DNA of 64,000 nucleotides from a virus. Of the stretch, positions 38,007-47,014 are shown one piece after another. The notes beneath the pieces are model-generated. The model worked only from the letters and a program-made list of their open reading frames with translations, was not told the origin of the DNA and did not search any database. The DNA lies in the IMG/VR virus record IMGVR_UViG_3300022928_000019, positions 1-64,000 of that record. One strand, written 5' to 3'. Numbering within the stretch: position 1 is the first letter of the stretch; every line of letters begins with the position of its first letter. A program made the position numbers and the translations under genes.

Positions 38007-38777
38007 TTAGTTGAGTGTTAATTTCATTTGATTAGGGTGATCCCTAAAGACATAGAGCATGCGAGGCTCATCCTCGCAGTCGAAGTGTGCAGTAGCCTCG
38101 GCATCAGTGATGCGTGATATCTCCCATGATCCTTCGATGATTGACTCACCGACTGCTAGATCCCTAGCAATATCGATGACCCTATCCTTGACATAGCATT
38201 CCCACATAGCTTTCTGAATCTCGGCAGATGATGGGTAGCAACCCTCGCTATGGTAGTACCCATTCTCATTGAGATAGAATGCAATGTCATCCCAATCATC
38301 GAAGTCCTCACCGACATTGAAGTCATCATCGTACTCCAATTCAATCAGTTGAAGGAGATCCTCGTACTCACGCCTCGAGTGATCTTCTTCATCTAGGCAA
38401 GGATAATTGGCTAGCGATGCTTCAATCTCCTCACCCATCTTGAATGCCTCCTTGTCATTGATATCTACAGATAGATACTCAATCCACCCACATAACCAAT
38501 GACCCACACGAGTAATGTCATAGGGTAGCTCGGCATCTTCAAACATCTGCACCGCACAATCCCAATTAGAATTGGTGAGCATAGATGAGTCACGATTCCT
38601 ACCGAGTACACAATACAAGGTATCACTAGGCTTCTCGCCCATGTAGTTGCTCCAAGAATCGAAGGCACTTGGACTGCCTAGTTCATCAATTAGCTTAGGT
38701 AGGTTGGTAGAAGGAAAGCGCTTAGCAAGATAGGCATCAAGCTCAGCACCTTCAAGTTTGATATTATTTTCACTCAT
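38007..38777 (-). CDS. Acidic conserved phage early protein
   Basis: RDS....SNW...HW.CGWIEY...L.NYP.LDEED.S.RE pattern; motif at 38781-38802 upstream. Confidence 0.7.
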   Translation of the reverse strand: MSENNIKLEGAELDAYLAKRFPSTNLPKLIDELGSPSAFDSWSNYMGEKPSDTLYCVLGRNRDSSMLTNSNWDCAVQMFEDAELPYDITRVGHWLCGWIEYLSVDINDKEAFKMGEEIEASLANYPCLDEEDHSRREYEDLLQLIELEYDDDFNVGEDFDDWDDIAFYLNENGYYHSEGCYPSSAEIQKAMWECYVKDRVIDIARDLAVGESIIEGSWEISRITDAEATAHFDCEDEPRMLYVFRDHPNQMKLTLN

Positions 38778-38781
38778 AATG

Positions 38782-39219
38782 TTATTTAGTATAATAGGTT
38801 ACGTTTAGTTGAAGTTTGGTAGGGTTATAGTCGCGGACATGGAACATTAGTTCATCACCAACTTTAACTCCATCCCATGGGGCATCATCTTTATGTAAGA
38901 ATCCCATACGCCCATGATCTAGATCAATCTGCCAACCATCACCCACATAGTCATACACCATCCCACGTACATCCTTACCAAGGATTTCCTTGAGCTTGCG
39001 TGTATAATCCCATTCCCCTCGGTGATACCATATGTTGGTTTCGTATTGATACTTTACTCCGTTAGCTTCACATAACTCACGAGTATACTTCTCGGCATCT
39101 AACTTAACCTTGAAGTAAGGAGTCTTTACATAACACCTACCACTCCCATCATCTATGAAGATAGATCCGAAGTATCCTCTGTCTTCTCCATCCTCTAATT
39201 TTGTAAATAAATTTTCCAT
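38782..39219 (-). CDS. Hypothetical protein with possible S1/OB-like C-terminus
   Basis: GMVY....G..IDL...GFLH.....KVGD.L...V pattern; motif at 39220-39241 abuts the ATG. Confidence 0.6.
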   Translation of the reverse strand: MENLFTKLEDGEDRGYFGSIFIDDGSGRCYVKTPYFKVKLDAEKYTRELCEANGVKYQYETNIWYHRGEWDYTRKLKEILGKDVRGMVYDYVGDGWQIDLDHGRMGFLHKDDAPWDGVKVGDELMFHVRDYNPTKLQLNVTYYTK

Positions 39220-39346
39220 GTTATATAGATATATAGGTTACTTTTAGATTATGCAGCACATTTCTAGTACTACCGCGATGATGCAGACTAGGAAGCCTCC
39301 ACCTAAAACAATTTTGTCCATGGTACTACCCATGAACTGAGGGTCA

Positions 39347-39487
39347 TTAGCATTCTTCATGTAAGACCCTCCTCACTTCAGCTTCATCGTTACGTTTGAT
39401 TGCATCCACAACCATGCCATTTTCCATGGCAATATCGGGATCAATAAAGAACTCACCACATATGGCGAGGAATGTTAAGTAGTTCAT
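39347..39487 (-). CDS. Small hypothetical protein (46 aa; not in ORF track)
   Basis: MNYLTFLAICGEFFIDPDIAMEN...; GAAAGGAAA upstream. Confidence 0.55.
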   Translation of the reverse strand: MNYLTFLAICGEFFIDPDIAMENGMVVDAIKRNDEAEVRRVLHEEC

Positions 39488-39529
39488 AGTTATTTCCTTT
39501 CGTTGTTTGGTTAACGTTGAGTCGAATTT

Positions 39530-39574
39530 AAAAAGTAAAGCCCATGCCCAAGGAATAAGCCTCGGACATGGGCT
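39530..39574 (-). terminator. Intrinsic terminator
   Basis: Minus strand agcccatgtccgagg-cttatt-ccttgggcatgggct followed by TTACTTTTT. Confidence 0.75.
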
Positions 39575-39582
39575 GAAAGTTT

Positions 39583-39640
39583 ACGTCTAGGTGACGTAGT
39601 TTTAACGTAGTTATGACGTAGTTCACACGTAGTTCTAACG
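39583..39640. repeat. 11-bp-period direct repeats, core ACGTAGTT x4 plus degenerate copies
   Basis: Cores at 39594, 39605, 39616 and 39627. Confidence 0.9.
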
Positions 39641-40217
39641 GATGAGCTACATCGGGTTGCATTGCGATAAGTATGAACATCCTCTAGGGAATACATACTA
39701 TACTGCTTCCATGTGTTGACTATTCTAACCCCTTCGCTCCATGACAGAGAGACCTAGTTTGTTCCGAGTAGTCATTGACAAACTAAATCCGAGGCACGCC
39801 TCCTATCGATCAGATTACACACTCTTTCGCATACATGAATATCCTCACGGCTCCTTACACGCTTCGTCTGCTTCCACGACTCACCCCGAACCACTTCGGT
39901 TGGCTACTCGCTTTGTGACTAGGCTACACATTCGCCTTGTATGGTACTTGCCTGCTCGAAATCGAACCGCTCACATGTGCATAGCTTTGTAAGAGCTAGA
40001 GCATGGTCTACGTCCGTAATCCCGAATTGACAGCCTCAGTTTTTCACCCTTGGCACAGGTACTTTTTTGAAATGGAAAAGCAGAAAACCATGAGAACTAA
40101 AAAACGAAGTTAGGCATTGATGCGTTGCACGTCTCACCGAGACACTAAGCACAATCTGTGCGTCTCACGCTAGCCTAGGTTAGGCTTAGTTTGCTAAGGT
40201 GGTTTATATATCATGGC

Positions 40218-40245
40218 TAGGTTAGGTTAGGTTAGGTTAGGTTAG
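40218..40245. repeat. (TTAGG)n pentamer repeat, about 5 copies
   Basis: taggttaggttaggttaggttaggttag. Confidence 0.9.
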
Positions 40246-40673
40246 AATTCTAAGCCCATTGCCTCGCGTTGCTCGGGGGTAAGGTTTGCTACAATTCTCT
40301 CGAGTTGATCTAGCCTTGTAGCTTGTTTATTAATCACGTCTTGCTTTGTGATCTTGGGCTTATTGATAGAGATATTTAGCTTATTAGACGTCTCAGAGAT
40401 CTTGTCAGTCACGCCGTCTTGCAAAGCTTTGTTTACCATTGCAATTGTAACCGCGTCTCGCATGGTTTTCTCACCGCTTAGAACATTATGAACGGCTGCA
40501 GTTAAAGCTTTGCCTTTCAAGAGCGGATTTGCTTTGCGAAGGTTTGCTTTTATTTCTGAAGCGCTAGCACCTTGCTTGCCGAATACAACTTCGTGTCGTA
40601 TTACTTTGCCGTTTTTATTTAAGACTTCACGACGTGCTTGGGTATGGGATTGAATTAAGGATAGGTTGCTCAT
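40242..40673 (-). CDS. First early gene, basic hypothetical protein
   Basis: 143-aa ORF starting the minus-strand early block. Confidence 0.65.
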   Translation of the reverse strand: MSNLSLIQSHTQARREVLNKNGKVIRHEVVFGKQGASASEIKANLRKANPLLKGKALTAAVHNVLSGEKTMRDAVTIAMVNKALQDGVTDKISETSNKLNISINKPKITKQDVINKQATRLDQLERIVANLTPEQREAMGLEF

Positions 40674-40736
40674 TGTTATTTTGATATTTGATTGATTAAT
40701 ATTTGCGCCATAATTGACATACTATTTAATGCCATG

Positions 40737-40815
40737 CATACCCATTGATTATCAATGACTTATGGCATAAGTGTTACCTAATGACCATTAGGTTACAAAG
40801 GGGGGTGCCGGGGGG
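40737..40815. promoter_or_regulatory. IHF-like sites, motif variant and G-runs at the strand divergence (possible terminus/pac region)
   Basis: TATCAATGACTTA (40750-40762) matches WATCAANNNNTTR; GTTACCTA-N8-TAGGTTAC; G6-TGCC-G6 at 40800-40815. Confidence 0.45.
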
Positions 40816-40894
40816 AAGCAACCTGGCGTCTTATACAATTATATACACCCTTTCTGAACTTTCTGGGATCTGATCCGATTCGGGTTTATAGGAT

Positions 40895-40930
40895 TTGACC
40901 GAATGAAAGAAACCTAGTAAACTAAGTAAC
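40895..40930 (+). promoter_or_regulatory. Sigma70-like promoter overlapping the motif
   Basis: TTGACC-17 nt-TAAACT; GAAACCTA GTAAAC TAAGTAAC; same geometry as at 1661. Confidence 0.65.
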
Positions 40931-40941
40931 AGCATTGATGA

Positions 40942-43233
40942 ATGAATCCAGCAATAGAACAGGCACGAGCTATAGCCAGGGCAGAGGCATCCAGAATTGC
41001 AGCACAGGCGAAGGCACAGCAGCAAGCAGCAAGCGATGCTGCTCGAGAAGCTGCACAAAGAGCAGCCAACGAGGCTGCTAGGCAGCAAGTAATAGAGGCA
41101 TCAAGACAGGCAGCAATAGACCATGCAAAAAACCAAGCAGCAGAGCAAGCAAGACTACAGGCAGCAGAGGAAGCTAAGCGTATTGCAACAGAGCAAGCTC
41201 AGCAAGAGGCAGCAAGGGTAGCTCAGCAGGAGGCAGATAAGAATATGGATTTTAATGCATCTGATCGTTTTAGGGACTTTAACGATAATTATGGAAGTGA
41301 TTATGGTTCATCATACAACTACACCGATACTTATTCGGCTCCCTCATACGACACATACACACCATCATTTGATACCTTTGATTACCTAGATACGATAAAC
41401 ACTTATGATGCCTTTGATACTGCATCAAACTATGCAAATTCAGTAGCATTAGATAACTACAACTACTCGGATAATGTAAGTGACTTTCTAGACACATACG
41501 ATTCGGACTACTTTGACCCCAACACATATATTGATTTAAGCACAGACGCCATCGATACTGACTTTAGTCAATCAATCATAGACAATTCATACGGAGGTGA
41601 TTTTGATGCAGGTCTAGATATCGGGCAGACCTTCGATTATCTTGACGGAGTAGATATTAATTCTGACGACTTTAGTAATTACGATGCATCTACTCAGTTT
41701 GCAGCACAAGATGTTAGCACATTCGATGAAAAAGAATTAGATATTCTTAAGAGTGTTGGAGCGATTGAAATTAATGAAGATGGTGCAGTAACTGACTTTG
41801 ATTCACAGAATGCCCTTAGGCAGATTGAGGATCAGTTAATTGAGTATAGAGGGGATCTTTCAGATGAAGAAATTACTAATCTGACTAGTTTAAGAAATGA
41901 AATTCTTGCTGCTGAAGATTTAGGCTTGGATGCATTTAGCATTGATATAGCAGATCAGCCATCATCTGCGCTCGCAGGTGAGGGCGGCTCGGTCGGTCTA
42001 GTAGGCACTGATTTCAGCAATAAGTTCTTGTTCTCTGGTGATCCGGATTATGAAGAGAGTAAGCTAAACTCTCTCAGTGCTGGTTACATTAACGAAGGCA
42101 ATGCTGCAAAGAATAGCCAGATATATGGCAATACAGGTGGCAAATTTAATATTTATGGTGAGCCAGTAGACATGAGGACTAACCCTGCTTTACAGGGAAT
42201 GAGTTTTCAGGCTACACCGAACGCAGCTGGATCGGTCATCCAGGGTGTAGACACATTCACTGATTATCTTCGTAACGGAGCCGGAATGCTCCTTAAGCCA
42301 GTTAATTGGCTTTCTGATGGCATTGGAGGTGGCTTGGATGCCATAGGTGGTGCTTTGGGTAACAACCCCATAGGTAGAGGCTTCTCGAGCTTTGGTAACA
42401 TCGTAGACAACACAGGTGATTATCTTTTTGGTAGTGGTGATCGAGATAGTTTATTAGGCACTGTTTTCAATGTACCCGATAACCTTACCAAAACGGTTGC
42501 AGGTGGGCTTTCAGGGAATTGGGACGTTGCGAAGCAAGGATTAAAAGGATTGGTTGCTGCTCCCTTTGAATTAGCAGGTAATGCGATAAGCGTTCCTGTT
42601 GCGATTGCTAAAGATGTATTTGGGGTGGATGATATATCACTTAGTGTTGGTGGTGGTTCCGGAGGCGGTGGAGGCGGTGGGGGTCGCAGGATGCCTAGTC
42701 GTCAAGCTCCACAGAGAAAGAAGATAAGCAGGGTACTTGGCTCAGGAAACTCTAGGGAGGGCATCAGTTCAGTGAGCGGGTCTACGGTAGGATATGCAGG
42801 CAATGAGTATGATATGTCTACTGCTAGTGGTCAAAAATCGCTCCTTAATGATTCTGACTTTCCCACACTTGCTGACGCTATTGCTCAAACTGGTGGCAGT
42901 AGTTTATTGTCCGATGATCAAATTAGGGGTCTCGTAGGTATGGGTAATTCTCCTGGTGCAGGGCCTAGCTCAGGTACTGCTGATGACCCGATTGGATCTA
43001 CTGATGTAGACAGAAGTTCTTTAGCCGAAAAATTTGAAGAAAAACAGGGTGGTGAAAAACCTAAGGTAAAGAAGACTGCCCAAGTCGAGAGCATAGAAAA
43101 CATTATAGACAAGTTAGCTAATGGATCTGTTAGAAAAACTAAAGCTGCTCCTGCATTACCTACTACTTCTACCGGGAGCGAAAACTTGGATATATTTGAC
43201 AATGATGCGCCTTTGATTGGTGAAAAGGATTAA
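40942..43233 (+). CDS. Low-complexity 763-aa protein, possibly virion-associated
   Basis: A/Q/E coiled coil, D/Y/S-rich block, Gly-rich amphipathic block, poly-G. Confidence 0.7.
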   Translation: MNPAIEQARAIARAEASRIAAQAKAQQQAASDAAREAAQRAANEAARQQVIEASRQAAIDHAKNQAAEQARLQAAEEAKRIATEQAQQEAARVAQQEADKNMDFNASDRFRDFNDNYGSDYGSSYNYTDTYSAPSYDTYTPSFDTFDYLDTINTYDAFDTASNYANSVALDNYNYSDNVSDFLDTYDSDYFDPNTYIDLSTDAIDTDFSQSIIDNSYGGDFDAGLDIGQTFDYLDGVDINSDDFSNYDASTQFAAQDVSTFDEKELDILKSVGAIEINEDGAVTDFDSQNALRQIEDQLIEYRGDLSDEEITNLTSLRNEILAAEDLGLDAFSIDIADQPSSALAGEGGSVGLVGTDFSNKFLFSGDPDYEESKLNSLSAGYINEGNAAKNSQIYGNTGGKFNIYGEPVDMRTNPALQGMSFQATPNAAGSVIQGVDTFTDYLRNGAGMLLKPVNWLSDGIGGGLDAIGGALGNNPIGRGFSSFGNIVDNTGDYLFGSGDRDSLLGTVFNVPDNLTKTVAGGLSGNWDVAKQGLKGLVAAPFELAGNAISVPVAIAKDVFGVDDISLSVGGGSGGGGGGGGRRMPSRQAPQRKKISRVLGSGNSREGISSVSGSTVGYAGNEYDMSTASGQKSLLNDSDFPTLADAIAQTGGSSLLSDDQIRGLVGMGNSPGAGPSSGTADDPIGSTDVDRSSLAEKFEEKQGGEKPKVKKTAQVESIENIIDKLANGSVRKTKAAPALPTTSTGSENLDIFDNDAPLIGEKD

Positions 43234-43633
43234 GGAATTCTTAAGAGTTGTTAGGGAGGAGCGTGGGTCTATTAGCCTACCTTCTGCAATACTAGTTTTA
43301 GCAAGGCTTACTATAAAGCTGTTGCCTTATTGGTATCTTGCCAAAAAGCCCGAGAAGCTTGAATGGATGAGGAGGTACAAGGTATGTTATAACTGCCCTG
43401 TATTCGATCCCGAACTTAAGAGGTGTAGACCTTACGGTAACTCAGAGCAAGGGTGTGGATGCTACACTCCTTTCTCGAACTTAGTTTATGATGAATGCTG
43501 GGGAAGAATTAACTACGGAAAAGCTATCGGGTGGTCAGTCCATGATCACGAGTCGTGGATTGTCCGTATTCGTAATGGACAGAGAGGTATCTCTCGAAGG
43601 GGATCAGTGGAGAAACGAGACTGGACTATTTGA
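43217..43633 (+). CDS. Cys-rich small protein (putative Zn-binding)
   Basis: R...CYNCP....C......CGC......C..W; start and end uncertain. Confidence 0.55.
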   Translation: MVKRIKEFLRVVREERGSISLPSAILVLARLTIKLLPYWYLAKKPEKLEWMRRYKVCYNCPVFDPELKRCRPYGNSEQGCGCYTPFSNLVYDECWGRINYGKAIGWSVHDHESWIVRIRNGQRGISRRGSVEKRDWTI

Positions 43634-43742
43634 TAGCCTAGAAGAGGCAGTAAAGGACTGCTTGAGGCTCGAGGTTGAGGCAAATGCACCCGAAGACCTT
43701 AAGGGTTTATATGATGTTAGTATACAGTTAGACGCCAAGTGA
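43488..43742 (+). CDS. Hypothetical protein
   Basis: Overlaps the previous ORF; GTGA coupling to the next. Confidence 0.4.
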   Translation: MMNAGEELTTEKLSGGQSMITSRGLSVFVMDREVSLEGDQWRNETGLFDSLEEAVKDCLRLEVEANAPEDLKGLYDVSIQLDAK

Positions 43743-44056
43743 AGGGTCTGAATGCTCCCGATTACATCAGGGAAATAAGAGCAGTAGAAGGGGAGGGGGA
43801 AGTTTATTTAAAGTACTACTCTGAACTCATGGGTTATCAAAATATCGGGCTTAGATTAAGCAAAACAGGCAAATTGCCAAATATCCCTACAAAAGCCGAC
43901 AATATGGCAGATGCTACGCTATTGTTAGAGGCATGGAACAAGTGGTTAAGAAAGGAATCCATACATTCATATGGCAGTCAGAAGAAACGCTCATCATCGC
44001 GGAAGTCAAAGGACAAAACTTCGACTGGAGAACCTTTTTTCACCTTTATGAGTTAG
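43739..44056 (+). CDS. Hypothetical protein
   Basis: 105-aa ORF. Confidence 0.55.
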   Translation: MKGLNAPDYIREIRAVEGEGEVYLKYYSELMGYQNIGLRLSKTGKLPNIPTKADNMADATLLLEAWNKWLRKESIHSYGSQKKRSSSRKSKDKTSTGEPFFTFMS

Positions 44057-44120
44057 GACATGAATATGTCTTTGCTGTTATGCCACACCTTAGGAACTTC
44101 ATAGATATACATGCAGAAGA

Positions 44121-44426
44121 ATGAAAAGAAACACTCCACTAAAAAGAAAAAAGCCGATGAGGAGGGTATCCAAGAAGAGGCAAGCAGAGTCCAAAGAATA
44201 TTCGAGGAAACGCTCGAGCTTCCTAGCCACATTGCCATTATGCGAGGTCTGTGCAAAATCAAAAAGTACAGACATTCATCACCGAAAGGGAAGAGGCAAG
44301 TATTACCTAGATGAAGGTACTTGGCTTGCAACATGCCGAGGATGCCATGATCGGATTCACAGGAATCCGACTTGGGCTAGGGAAAAAGGCTTTATACTAG
44401 ATCGATACGTCGATAAAAATCAATAA
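44121..44426 (+). CDS. HNH endonuclease
   Basis: CEVC...DIHHRKGRG...WLATCRGCHDRIH. Confidence 0.85.
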   Translation: MKRNTPLKRKKPMRRVSKKRQAESKEYSRKRSSFLATLPLCEVCAKSKSTDIHHRKGRGKYYLDEGTWLATCRGCHDRIHRNPTWAREKGFILDRYVDKNQ

Positions 44427-44468
44427 TGTAACCATGTATAGAATTATATGTTCACAGCTCATACATGT

Positions 44469-44669
44469 TCATAGCTCATTATCATCTTCCTCTAGGGAAG
44501 TGCCTTTGAGCCTTCTGATATCTTCTGTTGCTTGAACGGCTTTTTGCCGAGCATCAGATTCGACATCGATACATAAGTTACGCCATTGCTCTAACGAGTG
44601 AATTCGATCCTGTACCGTCACCCCAAGGGTGTCGGGAGCATAATCCCCATATGTCAATGCATACGTCAT
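44469..44669 (-). CDS. Hypothetical protein
   Basis: 66 aa; motif copy at 44711-44732 upstream. Confidence 0.5.
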   Translation of the reverse strand: MTYALTYGDYAPDTLGVTVQDRIHSLEQWRNLCIDVESDARQKAVQATEDIRRLKGTSLEEDDNEL

Positions 44670-44731
44670 TTAGATAATTGGTTATCAATACAATAACCAA
44701 TTTACCTAAAGTAATCAAGATAAATAGGTTA

Positions 44732-45790
44732 CTAAGTTATCCCGTAAGTTCCTTTTTGAGTGTCGTAGATAGATAAAGCTTCTGCAGCGCTTAAAGCTTT
44801 ATTCGTGTATACATCTACCTGCCCAATGTGACCATGAAAGTTTACACCCTTGAGAGTGTAATACTGTCTGCCTCCAATCATAAAAACATCATTATTATAC
44901 CAGTTAAAGGTAGTATCAGTTCTCCCTATGTAAGGTCTCAACCTCTCCTCGTCAGTGAGACCTGCAGTTATAGTTGTCTTTGACTCATATTGTCCATCAA
45001 GCCATAGATCAATAGATCCAAGTGAATTACCAGGATCTATGCTCCAAGCCATATGGTGCCATGAATCTACGACAAAATCACTAGCTAATTGTGTTTTTAA
45101 AACTTTTGCTGTGACGGCATTACTGTTTCCACTCATCTGTACACCTGCCCCAGTGAATGTTGTGCGAAAACCGTGAGGGTTGTACTTATAGCAGGTTAGC
45201 GAAAATACGGTGTCATAAGAACCCATACTAGCAAAGTTGCTCAAAGGTTCCATTGATACTAAAATGCCATTATTGAGGGTAGAAAAATACCCATTTATTC
45301 GCAGACTATCGCAAAGGAGATACTGGCTTCTCGTACTATGATCGAGTCCATCAGCAAGGCCTAAGTTTGGCTTAAACCAAATAGATCCAGATTTTGGCAC
45401 TTGTTTTCCCACGGAGGTATACTCTTCTCCAATTCCTTTATTTGAAAGGAGGTTGATACTGTTTTGAGCAGGCGAGCCAGCATTGTTCGCAGTTACATGA
45501 CCTGGAAAGAAGACGGTTCCATCTGGTTCCACTGTGAATTCCTTTTGTAGACCAAATGTCGCAGGACTGAAACGAATACTTTCGGTAGTGTCAGTAATAG
45601 GAACACTTACAGTATTTCCTGCATTGATGTCGTCTATCTGTGATGCACTAAGATTACTTGTGTTAAATGCATAGTGTTCTCCGGCGGGGGCTGAAGTGTA
45701 TACTGATGATCCGTTGTAAACTAGTTCGTTTACCGTATTCCCATTGTAAGTCAAACTTGTGACGTCGACCCCATTGTATTTAATTCCCAT
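44732..45790 (-). CDS. LamG/concanavalin-A-like domain protein (putative receptor-binding protein)
   Basis: SIWFK, WHHMAWS, LWLDG, IGGR, FHGHIGQV.VY..ALSAAE; likely start MGIKYNG. Confidence 0.75.
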   Translation of the reverse strand: MGIKYNGVDVTSLTYNGNTVNELVYNGSSVYTSAPAGEHYAFNTSNLSASQIDDINAGNTVSVPITDTTESIRFSPATFGLQKEFTVEPDGTVFFPGHVTANNAGSPAQNSINLLSNKGIGEEYTSVGKQVPKSGSIWFKPNLGLADGLDHSTRSQYLLCDSLRINGYFSTLNNGILVSMEPLSNFASMGSYDTVFSLTCYKYNPHGFRTTFTGAGVQMSGNSNAVTAKVLKTQLASDFVVDSWHHMAWSIDPGNSLGSIDLWLDGQYESKTTITAGLTDEERLRPYIGRTDTTFNWYNNDVFMIGGRQYYTLKGVNFHGHIGQVDVYTNKALSAAEALSIYDTQKGTYGIT

Positions 45791-45831
45791 AAGGTTTATT
45801 TTAAGCTTAAGCGAATCTGTTATCAAGTATA

Positions 45832-46299
45832 TTAAGTAACATTAAATGCCTTCAGATTCCTTTGGTCTAGGCAGTATCCTTTCCCATGACCCAAGTCCTT
45901 AATATTCTCTTGTCGAATCAAGTCCTTCTTCCATGCCCAACCTTTAATGTCTACCGACCTTCCATCGACTATTGCGAGTACATAGAAGTCAATATCTTGG
46001 TTAACTTTAAGTGTACTTAGAAGCCTAGCATTAGGGTAGTTAGATGATTTTATATCATACCTATTCCCTTTAAGAACTCCATCGTAACTTCCGCTTCTAG
46101 CTTCGGGAGCAAAGTCAGGGAAGCAATTAAACTTCTTAGCGAATGCATACTCAGCTACTGCTCCCATTACATCTGCTTCCGAGCCATCTTGTTTCCCCAT
46201 CTTGGCATCCTTTACGCCTGTGCCTCTACTTATAAGGCTCCTCATCCTGCCTAGGATTTGGCAGAGGTTGTACTCTGCTTCTGTAAGCTCTAGTTTCAA
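45832..46299 (-). CDS. Phage PD-(D/E)XK-like protein
   Basis: G..AEYAFAK...D......DIKS....L......D.YVL....GW. Confidence 0.6.
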   Translation of the reverse strand: MKLELTEAEYNLCQILGRMRSLISRGTGVKDAKMGKQDGSEADVMGAVAEYAFAKKFNCFPDFAPEARSGSYDGVLKGNRYDIKSSNYPNARLLSTLKVNQDIDFYVLAIVDGRSVDIKGWAWKKDLIRQENIKDLGHGKGYCLDQRNLKAFNVT

Positions 46300-46829
46300 A
46301 CTATTATTTCCTTATCAATTTGATCCTCTGGTAACCCACACTCACTTGAGTGACTATCTTCTAATGGCTTAAAGCTATCTCTCTTGATTCTCCATACCTC
46401 TCCCCCTAAATCGTGGATCATCTTTGCCTCATTCGGGAATCGGATGTCATCTACTACGCATCTGAAACATTGGTGATCTGTAGCACTTGCCCAGGCTATT
46501 AGGTCTGCGATCCTGTCGTGAACAGGAGCGATCCATATGTCTGGATGCATCGCTCGTCCCCACTCAGTCCCCAAGGTCTGTAAACAGTGCCTAGCTGTTA
46601 TGCCCTCGGGGAACCCTGGAATCTGTTCTTCCTTTAAGTTGTATAAATACTTTGAGGGTATGATTACCTCCAGCATCTTCTTAATCGGTAAAGAAAGACT
46701 TAAAATTTCTCCGCCAATCTTTTGCGCGAATGTTGTTTTACCAACACCTTTGGGGCCGGTAAGTCCTATTACTGAGGGGAGGGTAAATTCTTCTGAATTA
46801 ACTGCCTCACTGATCTTATATGTCTGCAT
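46296..46829 (-). CDS. Deoxynucleoside monophosphate kinase
   Basis: GLTGPKGVGKTT, R..LQTLGTEWGR, DDIRFPNE, HSSE. Confidence 0.9.
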   Translation of the reverse strand: MQTYKISEAVNSEEFTLPSVIGLTGPKGVGKTTFAQKIGGEILSLSLPIKKMLEVIIPSKYLYNLKEEQIPGFPEGITARHCLQTLGTEWGRAMHPDIWIAPVHDRIADLIAWASATDHQCFRCVVDDIRFPNEAKMIHDLGGEVWRIKRDSFKPLEDSHSSECGLPEDQIDKEIIV

Positions 46830-47014
46830 ACTTTAAATGGTTTTTTTCCTGCCTTTAGTTTAGGGCCAATTTTAAAATGGAAATACTCACATGAACATTC
46901 ACCGAATCCGTCATATTCTTCTAGATCCACTAGATGTACATTTTGTGGGTTTTGGAGTGATGTTAAGAGAAACCTTTGTGCCTCAAGATATTGTACCTCA
47001 AATTGAGTACTCAT
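46769..47014 (-). CDS. SWIM zinc-finger protein
   Basis: CSC..F...CRH motif. Confidence 0.7.
   Translation of the reverse strand: MSTQFEVQYLEAQRFLLTSLQNPQNVHLVDLEEYDGFGECSCEYFHFKIGPKLKAGKKPFKVCRHIRSVRQLIQKNLPSPQ

Larger units (their letters stand above)
39530..40200 (-). ncRNA. Candidate large structured ncRNA (about 670 nt)
   Basis: Long region with no credible CDS in a gene-dense genome, many hairpins, motif-like element upstream and terminator downstream. Confidence 0.45.

Noticed and set aside
39820-39860. Group II intron domain V (gagccgtga...gcgaaag on the minus strand)
   Set aside because: The 3' side of the DV helix is absent, and there is no RT or interrupted gene.
39511-39992. 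ORFs 39511-39696(-) and 39741-39992(+)
   Set aside because: No RBS or motif, atypical composition; they overlap repeats, hairpins and the terminator.
40218-40245. Eukaryotic telomere or contamination
   Set aside because: Only about 5 units, internal and embedded in continuous phage sequence.
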